Of a stretch of DNA of 64,000 bases, positions 13,701 to 23,612 are shown piece by piece (the first letter of the stretch is position 1; each line of letters opens with the position of its first letter). Below the pieces are notes generated by a model that was given only the letters and a program-made list of their open reading frames with translations, did not search any database and had not been told where the DNA came from. This DNA is from Bispira polyomma (Eukaryota): contig OZ287749.1 of assembly GCA_965649765.1 (NCBI GenBank), forward strand, positions 23,188,001-23,252,000, read 5' to 3'. Both the position numbers and the translations under genes were made by a program.

Positions 13701-15007
13701 AGTTACACTAATAAACACCTGTTTTAGGCAAAAGTTTTGGTTACTGTTATTTTTTATTTTTTTTGACACTCCCGACACCCCTGAGCCGAATAAGACATTA
13801 TATGAGGGTACATAATTTTATTATACATATATGTAAACATAAATACAATCTAAACTACTGTGTATATACATTTCTTGATTTCATCATACAAAAATCTTTA
13901 AATGTGCATAATACTGATTTAAGTTATCGTGCTAAATTTTTATAAGTTAAGGTCATCTTAAATTGTTGTAAGTTAAGGTCATCTTTACTTATTGTTTATA
14001 AAGTTTTAGTTTTTGCTTAAGGTGATCCTACGTTTAGGGTCCAATTTGTAAAGATTTAAGTTATAAATTAAGGTGACCCTACCTCGAGGGTCCATTTTAG
14101 TATTTAACTTAAAGTGAACGATGTCCGAAATTAAACCTAAGATGACCATAGCTTGCACATCAACATATAAAATTTAACTTGTATAGATCATGTGAACATA
14201 TATAATGAACCTCAATACTGATACTTAAAAGACTAAAATGCAGTAATGTAAAAACAATTGATAAGTTGGTTGTGTGTAAATGTTGATTTCCTCTTAAGGT
14301 TTTACAGCAACAAAAAACTTTATAGTTATATCAAGTCTTCTAGGCCCATTTGCATCAGAAGGTGCTTTTTTGCAAATGTCCAGTTTGGTTTAGACTCTAC
14401 TGTCCTACAAAGTTGTTCAGAATATCAATGGTAAATCTATTGTACAAAGACCACGACCTTGTCTGAAGGACAATACATAGTAAATGGTCAGAATGTAAAG
14501 AACTGTTGTGAAGTTGCTAAATGGTTATCCTTAAGCATCTATCTTCATTTAGTGATATGACAGGTAATGCTGCTGGTTAGCTATACTTTGGCAATTCAGA
14601 AAAGGTAATTCAGAGCTTGAGTCCAACAGTGCATGGAGATACTGTACTGAGTATAAAAGTACAATCTATCCATCTGATCGAACTTTTGTAGTGCCTTATC
14701 TCTATTAAGGCGAATTCTAACGCGCATATTACATGATCATATTCGATTCCTCTTCTGTAAAGTAGTTCTATCTCAGGAGACGCCGGAATCAATATGCGAC
14801 TAGGGAGGGAAAGCCTTGAAAAACAAATAGATCTTAAGTTTGCCTTTAAAGGATGACTAGGTGGGAGCAGCACAAATTTCTTGTGGCAGACTGTTCTATA
14901 ATTTTTGTGCACTGTAGAAGAAACTGATCGATTTGGATTTGTGAATTAAAGGTGAGTAGACTGGAACCTGAAGGAAAACCTTACTGCGCCTTGTTTGGGC
15001 TTGGCAT

Positions 15008-15170
15008 GTGTATCTAGACAAATTGCATTACTTCACCAATGATGTAGGCAATGGATCTACCATACAGAATTTGCATACAGAATTTGGTTGGAGATCCCTT
15101 GGCAAAATTCAAAACATCTTCCTCTGTGACATTAGCAAAAGCTGTCAAAGAAACAATCTCAATGAAAAAC
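15008..15170 (+). pseudogene. Possible decayed 3' fragment of a LINE ORF2
   Basis: STIQNLHTEFGWRSL resembles the LxxELGWxSL motif found after RT in CR1/L2-type LINEs; short and degenerate. Confidence 0.3.
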
Positions 15171-17851
15171 TGTTTCTTATGTCTTTAATTTTATCAATGA
15201 AAAAGTAGCCAAAGTGATTGGCCAGAGACTTATTGGAAGAGAATGATGGGTAGACAGCTTCAGGGGGGGTGGGGCGTGAATAACATTTTCAAGAGCATTT
15301 GGGACACTGCAATTCATAACATGCTGTACACTAACAGCAAATGATAATAAAATGCCTCTGTTTTGCCATATGTAAATTGTTGAATTATTATATGGGCAAA
15401 TTTTGTCTAATGCGTGAGCATATGATACACAAATATTCAAAGCGTGTTGCAGTCTCCATGATAGAATAATTTCAGTTACAAAGACAAACGCCTCTGGTCT
15501 GTTAAAGTTATTTTTTTGTTACAGTTGTTTTATTTGTCAGGATGAAGAAGAAGCCAAATACTAGATCTTCAATGAGTAATCTAAAAAAAATGATCTTTTC
15601 TTACAACACCCTTTTCTATCTGTCCAGGAAATCTGACCAGTTTTTTATTTTGTGGGACTCCTACATTAGAGAAATAGCAGCAGACTTCATTAGCATATTG
15701 TCATAAAGTTGTCATGGCATGTCAGAAATAAAAGCACTTCTAACTGGTGGTTCTGGAGATAAAGCCAAAGATATGTAGCTTTCTATTTATAGCAACAGCC
15801 CTCTTTTTATATAGAATTAACATAATATGGATGTCTTGGACATGGAAAATGGACAAACAAATAAAACCTTAGACAAAGGGTAATGATATATGTTGGCAAT
15901 GGGTGAATATATTTAATTTCTGGACATAAACAAGCCTTTGCAGTCTAATATGGTGTTTTTACCTCATATACCAGTTCATTAGAAACGTGTTATGTGGCAA
16001 AATCAGTAAAGATATCCCTGAAAGGCATATGTATAGAAAAAAAACTATCAATTACAAGCCCACATTGAAATATAACAGAAACTCAAAGGTCAAGGTGAGA
16101 AGGTAAGTTTAAGTAACATTAAGTAAAACATTGAAAAAATCCTGACAGTTGGCCACTACCTAATTTAGAGACTCACGCTCAAGGCTTTTGTTCACTCTTA
16201 GTCATTATTAGTTATTGGACCAGTTGTGCCTATGGGTATGCAAGCAACATACGACAGGTTTTGCTACTACAATCACTCAGCATCAGTCAGCGATCATGTA
16301 TAATCTACCGAACTTCTTCCAAGTGAAAGCAAATAGTCCTACAATACAAACAACCTGTCAGTAGCCAGTCGGAGACCACCAAGTTCCACCACTAACCAGA
16401 TTGTTACCATTGGGAGGTGATTTGCCACCAATCGGCCACTGCTTGGCTACCGCTCTCCCACCTTTAAAATACCTCCTGTGATTGTTTGAGGTATGCACTC
16501 TACTGTGAGGTCTGCCAATTATTTCTCCTGGAAACTTATATTCATACCCCCAATCTAGTGTTGTCTGCAGTGATCTATCACAAATATTAGCATGACAGTT
16601 GTAAAATTTCGCAAAACAGGTCTGCAATGATCTTACAACTGGGTGTACTATAATCACTCATCAGAATATATATGTGACTGCTGTTTAGATCTGGGGAATG
16701 AATTCTCAGGTAGTCACTGGTGGTCTCACCTTTGGGGGATTGCAGATGGTTTCTAGAAGATCACAGGTTTTGTGTGTGACTGCAGTTAGTGGATAAAGAT
16801 GACTGTGTTAATACCATGTTGTGATATCTCGTGTTCCCTCTTAACTCTGCGGGACAAAAATAATACCTCGATGAGATTTGACATCAATCCAGTTTTTAAT
16901 AATTCAAAATGTTTGCAAAAATGGGATGGCAGTTTAATAAAGGGTGAACAAGACATGAGACATTGGGTTAATAAAAAGTATAAAGGTAGTCTTCAGCCAT
17001 AGTAAGGCGAACTAAAATGTCAGGAAATGAAATAATACTCAAATATGTGACTGGACAAATCAGGAAAAACACCCATATGCCAACAGAAAATGAACCAAAC
17101 TTAACAGTTTTTACAAATAAGCTTCATTCATGTCCATATCTGTTTGTGTACCACGGAATACAGCAGTGTGTGTGACTGAACAAATGTGGCACAGCACTAT
17201 AATATACATTCAAGTTATTTATATCAGGAAAGACACCTATCTGCAAAAAAGAAAATCAACAAAGCTTAACAGTTTATACAAATAAGCCTAATACATGTCC
17301 TTGTTTGTTTGAGTACCAACTCCAAAGTTTTGACAATGTTTCCACTTTTTTAGTACAACAACTTGTTTGTTGTTGACTTCCTCTTTTGAGATGCTCACTT
17401 GTATGTTTATAACATCGAATTTGAATAACATTATAGATTCCCAATGACAACTGATTACTTTGAAATAATCTTAAAGATGCATATGTTACTGTGAAAGCTA
17501 TGAACACATCATTTATTAAAATCCCATATGTGATAACTTCACTAAATTAGCACAAATAGCCAGACACAAAAAAAGCCCAATAGCTGAGCGGTTCTGATCA
17601 ATAAATAGATGGCACAAATTAGGTTCATATCATGTTTCTTCATTTGAATATTACAATTAACTCAGCTTTTGATAACAGATATTGTTATTAAGTCTCAGTG
17701 ATAATTCATCGTTTTCATTGGTTGATACAGGATCACATGACATGTTATGTACCATGGGCCCTCAGACTGCAGTAAATCTCATGTAACCATTTGGGAAATA
17801 GTGATGTGTACTAGTTATTGATATTATGGGCTATTTTATAACTATGTTTAT

Positions 17852-18503
17852 GTCAGCCCAAATTCAGGAATATTTATAAACTAAGATGAAAACACAAGAT
17901 GTGGATTGAAATGGCCAGTTTGTTCAACTGACAAAAACAGGTATATATCAAAACAAGCATACAAGATTCCTTAACAATATGGTTACATAACACAATTGAC
18001 TTATATATACATTATTTATTTTTATAAATGCTGTGAGCGACACTAACCCACCATCATTAAAAAGTATGATTTACAAAACAAAACGAAAACTAAACTTACA
18101 GAAATGGTTATATAGAAAAGGACCATACGAATAGTCATATTTGAGAGTGGGGACTGGAGTGGAGGTGGGTTATTTTTTCCACTTGTATTAATTCATGAAA
18201 CGGAAGAACAATATAATAATATATATCTGTGTCAGTGAAGAGCAAGTCTTCGAATGGCCGACACACACTCAATCCCCAGTTGGAAAATATTAGTGATGGA
18301 CTAAGCCTCACATACAAAGTTAGCCTTCCTTTGGCGATATAAATGTGATTATATATATTTGATATAATCATTATTTATATCAGCCAAAATTCAGGAATAT
18401 TTATAAACTAAGTTGAAAACACAAGATGTGGAAGATATGGATTAAAATGGCCAGTTCATTCAACTGACTAAAAATGTTTATATTAAACCAAGCATACGAG
18501 ATA
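17852..18503. repeat. ~120-bp direct repeat pair (17852..17968 and 18380..18503)
   Basis: TCAGCC..AAATTCAGGAATATTTATAAACTAAG..GAAAACACAAGATGTGGA..CAAGCATAC occurs twice. Confidence 0.7.
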
Positions 18504-18989
18504 TTGGAAATCAATGGAAAGGTCCTTGCTTTCAGCATAATCTCTCTGAGTAAGTTTTTCAATCTTAGATATCCTACTTGTCTTTATGTGTAACACCATC
18601 TTCTAAATAATATGTCTTGCTTAGTTTTTCATTTAATGTTTGCAGGAGAGCCAAAAAGAAAAAAAAACGTAAACTAATCTTTCATTTTGTTTTTCATTAG
18701 TAGATTTTATGAGTAATACTGATTCTTATTATTATATAATATAGCTCACCATTTAACAATGTTTGGTAGAATAGAATGAATGTATTGTTTAATTAATGTA
18801 GTTAATTAATTTAGTTCATATTTCGTGTAATTGGTTTATGACTTATTGACCATATCCAACAAGTAAAGCCCACTTAAAGAGTGTTACAAATCCTTTAGTG
18901 CACACTATCATCCAGTTATTAATACTGACAGGGATACCTTCAACAACAGGATGAATAATGTAATAGGTATTATGATGTATTTCTAATAT

Positions 18990-19300
18990 AGGAGTAAAAA
19001 ATCCAAACCGGTGTTTTATGTTCATTTTAAATGATCGATAAGGTTGGTGTAATGCACGAACCCCACAGATTGCTAATGCTGTTTGGGATAATTTTATTTA
19101 CAAATTCCATGGATTTGAAAATATTTTCATCTACATAATAATTTTTGGATTTAAAATTTTTTAAATGCCAACACAAGGCTACTTGTTCATAAAAAAAAGG
19201 ATATACCTAAAAGGTATATTTACATAAAATAAGAATATACATAAAACGTATATCAGACACTTTGCCACATAAATAGATATACTTGTTCATACATAGGACT
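18990..19300 (-). mobile_element. Remnant of a Ngaro-like element 3' end (B repeat plus part of the spacer)
   Basis: Contains the B hallmarks ATGCTGTTTGGGATAATTTTATT and TTTTTTAAATGCCA, followed by ..GGCTAC as in E1 and E4. Boundaries approximate. Confidence 0.6.
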
Positions 19301-20986
19301 ACTCGTCAGTAATGATTTACTTTACTTACCTTACTTTCTATATTATTCATTATCATTCTTGCAATATAGTTACAGTCAAAGTGACCGTTGGGATTTATAT
19401 ATGTTGTTGTAATTATTCTACTTCTTTTCCAAAAAAGGTAATAAAATATTCACAAGTTTTAGCTGATATTTAAAGCATAATAGAACAAAATGAAAGTAAA
19501 CCTCCATAGATATCTCTGACCATTGAATGATCTGATTATTAAATCTTCAGCTTATTTATTTTGTTTGGATCTTTTAATAAAACTTGCAACATATTAGGTC
19601 ATATTGCAAAACCAGTAGTAGTTATACTGTAAACAATCAAACTACCGTCAACACAAACTTTCCCACATGAAGGCAGCGGAATGATTGGTGCAACTTTCAT
19701 CAAATGTGTTATTAAAAGCAGATGCTGATAAGCACTCACCCTTATCCCCAACTGCACCTGTTAGGATTCTAATGCACCCTCTGGAACTAATCACCAGGAG
19801 AAAGGGGTGATGTTCCACTTAGCGCCTTTATGTAACAGGGGGGAAGAATGAGGTGGAGCATGCTGTCTTGCACTAATTAAGGTGGTAGCCTCATCCTCCT
19901 TGTTTCCAAAAACTCTACTGGCTAGAACCGGCCTGCTGTATAAAGCACTGCCACCTCTGACAGCACCCATTCAGGTGCTCTATCAATTTATATATAATAA
20001 TGTCAACTCAGTATGTCTATAATAATGTCTGGGTCACTGTGGTCACAAATATTCCAAGTCATCTGCTCAAATATCTAATTCTAATAGTCTTTGGAGGTGA
20101 AACTTATTCTTCTAAACGGGCAATCAGTGTGCCAAATCAAAAATAATCATTAAACAAACAGTTGACAACTAAGGCACATAAAAGGGTCAGTCACCCAGAG
20201 AGATATGATTTTGTGACCAAGAAAGGCTTAAGTGGGGTAAGCTGATGCAAATTGGTGACCTTCTAAGTGAGTTCCGAAGGAGGAAACATGCGAACTAGAT
20301 CTCACAAAGGTAAATAATTCCTAAAAATGAAACAATATTAAACATTCTATGAAAGTAAGGAAATTAAAAACACTTCAGCTTTTGCCAACTGTGACTCATG
20401 TTTCTAAGGATGTGTAAGAGTCGAGGGTGTCCTTGAAATAGACTGCATGTATGAAACCAGTTTGAATTGAAGTTTAACTAAAACCAATGTATAGGTGGAT
20501 CCAGGATTTTGAAAGAGGGGGATATTTTTTTTTCGAATATATTGTGAAAATAATTTCGCACTCACTGCAATATTTTTAAGCCATGGTTAGATAAAACAGT
20601 AAAAAGAGATTTGCTGTGCGTGCTATTATAGTTTTATAAAGAAAAATCCTGTTTTCGAATTCAAAAGGATTATGGTGCCGCATTTACCACATTATAGTAA
20701 GGGGAGTCTAAGTAGCTTCATCTGTGTATATGTCACGATGGTTCCATGCCTCCAGTCTCCTTTAACCTCACAGCATATCTCATAACTGGTGGGACGTTGG
20801 AGGTCTTAGCACAACTTCCAATAAATTTCTATTTTTTACCCTTAAGTCCATTCTAGTGTATAGCTATGCATATCGAAGTGTAATTCAATTTATTATAAGT
20901 TCCAATTAGATACATGGGTAGGACAACAAGTGTGACAAGATGGCTCACAATTATTTGGAATTACAGACTCATATGGATATACTACA

Positions 20987-21140
20987 AAGTCAAAGTTAGG
21001 GTTTTTACGTCCGGTTCAACAGCCAGGGTCATATTGGGACAGGCCCACAACATTTGTCACTTGTGGGAGGCGAACCCACACAGAGGTGACAGCCTGTGAT
21101 TAGATGCCAGACTTGCTAACCACTCGGCCACTGAGGACCC
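20987..21140 (-). mobile_element. Short tRNA-derived SINE with 13-bp TSD
   Basis: A box TGGCCGAGTGG, B-box-like GGTTCGCCTCCC, (ACTTTG) tail; TGGATATACTACA at 20974..20986 and 21141..21153. Confidence 0.88.
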
Positions 21141-21460
21141 TGGATATACTACAGATGCCCTCACAAGGATACTGTTGGCACCAGAAAGTGAAAAGAATTA
21201 TTCTAACAACTGGTCACAGCAGCTTTGCTTTATATACTTATCGTTTTCTGTCCTGTACAGACTCTCCTTTCAAACCACCTTCTATTATTGTATAGTGAGA
21301 TATATTCTGTACTGCAGCCGCTTACATTCTGAGTGAGTTCTGTCAAAGCATGTTATTAAAAGACCCTAATTGACCATGTTAGAGAATAGGCTTTTAGTGA
21401 CCAGATGATTTTGTTTTATCCTTCTTATTTTTTCCAATTACATCGTTGACTTTTTCTACA

Positions 21461-21643
21461 CAGTCGTTTAAGTTGTGGGTGAAATTGAACCAATGTTGTC
21501 CTGGGCTAGGGGTGACCTTTAAAGGTCATAGTTATTGAGAGTGAGGAATCAGATGCTGTTTGGGATAATTTTTATTCTAACTACTCGTCTCTATATACAA
21601 CTGTACAAAAAATCATTTTTGATTAAAAATTTTTAAAATGCCA
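21461..21643 (-). repeat. E1 repeat B2
   Basis: Near-identical to 22438..22619; AATAAA on the minus strand. Confidence 0.95.
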
Positions 21644-22009
21644 TCATGGCTACATGAACAAGAACCAAGAACTGGCTAAAATACGAAAGGGGGTAAAAAT
21701 AACCCTGAAAGCATGTAAAGTGCTAAGATAAAAGTCAACCACCTAATTGGGCGACATAAAGTTGAGTACTACAACAAATAATATATATCGCCAACCACGT
21801 ACAAGGTGGGACATAAACAATAATACTAAGTCAAATGACATAAGATTACGTACTACAATAATAGATATAGTCGACCACATAAAGGTGACATATATAGTAG
21901 TAGTCAACCACGCATTCGGGCGACAAAATAACTCAGAATATCAGAGTTCAGAAGAGTAAAATAAGTTAGTGATTACTGGCTAAGGAATTTTGTTTTAAAA
22001 TTTAAATAT

Positions 22010-22151
22010 GAATGGGAGCTCGAAACGCTGGGCACCTATTCGCCTGCAGAAAGTCCTACCTCACAGAGCTCTTTTTCAACCCTGGAACCCTAAACGTGAA
22101 CTCAGAGGAAGGGTAAGAGATAAGACTTTCCACATGGTTAATGAGCTTCAT
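22010..22151 (-). ncRNA. Putative structured RNA in the E1 spacer
   Basis: 14-bp stem GAAAGUCUUAUCUC/GAGGUAGGACUUUC (2 G-U pairs on minus), inner ACCCU/AGGGU, loop GAGUUC complementary to downstream GAGCUC, and CUGC-AGGCGAAUAGGUGCC shared with E2 and E4. Confidence 0.6.
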
Positions 22152-22215
22152 CTAAGTCCGAAAAATTTAAATTCACTTTAACTTTAGCCTGTAAAAAGAG
22201 GAGTGGTGGGTGGGG

Positions 22216-22437
22216 ATTTCAAGGTGTTGCTACATTAACTTGCAACTTAATAATGACCAAATGTGAGAAAGGCGGGAAATTGATTTAAACCTAAGGGATT
22301 TGATTGGTAGTGAAGTGAAAGAGGTTCTGGTCTAGGATTGGTGTATCTGGGTAAACAATTCTTAAGTAGGTAAATAATACAGTAAGATATTACAACTTCA
22401 CGACTGACTAGCCATGCTTTGCGAGCAGTGACTACAA
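22216..22437 (-). repeat. E1 repeat A2 (abuts B1, forming the circle-junction sequence)
   Basis: Near-identical to 27680..27902. Confidence 0.95.
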
Positions 22438-22619
22438 CAGTCGTTTAAGTTGTGGGTGAAATTGAACCAATGTTGTCCTGGGCTGGGGTGACCTTTAAAG
22501 GTCATAGTTATTGAGAGTGAGGAATCAGATGCTGTTTGGGATAATTTTTATTCTAACTACTCGTCTCTATATACAACTGTACAAAAAATTATTTTTGATT
22601 AAAAAATTTTAAAATGCCA
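22438..22619 (-). repeat. E1 repeat B1
   Basis: Near-identical to 21461..21643; begins 8 nt after the YR stop. Confidence 0.95.
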
Positions 22620-22627
22620 AAGCCAAA

Positions 22628-23606
22628 TTAGAAAGTAGAAGAGACGAGGGATGCGAACGTTGTTGGAATAATTGTGGAAGCATGAGAGGTAGATTGAAGG
22701 TAAGACCAAACAGCATCTGATTTCCAGCATCCATGTTTTTGAATATGCTGAAGCTTAACATTAGCATTAAATGCCAAGGAGGCACCTGAGCGCCTGAAGC
22801 AATGGAAGGAATGCCCTTCTTTTGGGATTTTCAACTGAGTTAAGATAGAGCTAAGAGTATGCCTTAAACTCGAGTCTGAGAGGCACTGGTCTTTATTTAG
22901 TGGGTTTGCCAGTAATGGATAAGAAGGGGGGAGAGGATATTTATTAAATAGAGAAGTGGCTGCCTTCACAGGACAGAGCCATGGGTTTGAGAGTTCTGGT
23001 AGTTGTATGATGTCTGGGTTTTTTCTGGTTTGGTTAGTCTTACTCCATTTTAATATGAGGTGAATGCCTGGGGGGGCGAACAACACGTCAGCCCTTGTCA
23101 GGTGTCTGGTAGGGTCAAAGGGGAAACCTGATGTGGTGGTCAGGTTAGAAATGCGTAAAAAACCAAAATAAGCAAACAAAAAAGCTGTTCTGAATAAGTC
23201 AGGAAATTGAAACTGGTTACAAGCTTGTGAAATTTGTTGTAATTGGTGTAAATCGAATACCCCTTTGACCCGAGGTGTGTATTTCGAAGTGAGTTCTAAT
23301 GACCTCAAATATAATGGCAATCTAGGGTCATAAAGACCGGTTTGCTGAATGTTAAGAATTTTTGTGTTGTGCCTAATGGAAGCTAAGTAATTACTCAATA
23401 CTTTGTAAGAGACACCTGTTTGTGTCATAAATTCCAAAAAAGCTATAATGCTGTTAAAGCAAAGGTTTCCCTTAAATCAAAGTAAACTGTAAAGCTCAAA
23501 AAGAGTCTGAACTGGCTGTCATATTGTCTTTGTGTCCTAGGTCTGTGACTGTGTCTCAGCCATCTCAAAGCTCCTTTGATCAGTGAGGAGGCTGGGTCAG
23601 AAGTAT
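22628..23606 (-). pseudogene. E1 tyrosine recombinase (one frameshift near 23455)
   Basis: Catalytic set R (FLRISN), K (WSKTNQ), HxxR (HCFRR), W (GCW), Y (VWSY). The N-terminal part TSDPA..HRPRTQ is in a shifted frame. Confidence 0.9.
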
Positions 23607-23612
23607 CTGAAA

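Larger units (their letters stand above)
11245..18988. repeat. Tandem segmental duplication, copy A
   Basis: Collinear matches of roughly 80% (by eye) to 19500..34218: 11245/19500, 12250/21440+27903, 13230/29005, 15620/32041, 16850/33015, 18900/34130. Confidence 0.85.

Noticed and set aside
11001-21295. Short ORFs of 60-100 aa in the duplicated region
   Set aside because: No motifs, and the frames are not preserved between the two duplicate copies.
21734-21924. CRISPR-like array
   Set aside because: Repeats are degenerate, irregularly spaced and vary internally; kept only as a hairpin array.
22628-23437. Phage integrase, prophage or bacterial contamination
   Set aside because: YR is linked to gag and RT/RNase H, split direct repeats, splice signals and poly(A) signals, amid SINEs and a GPCR gene.
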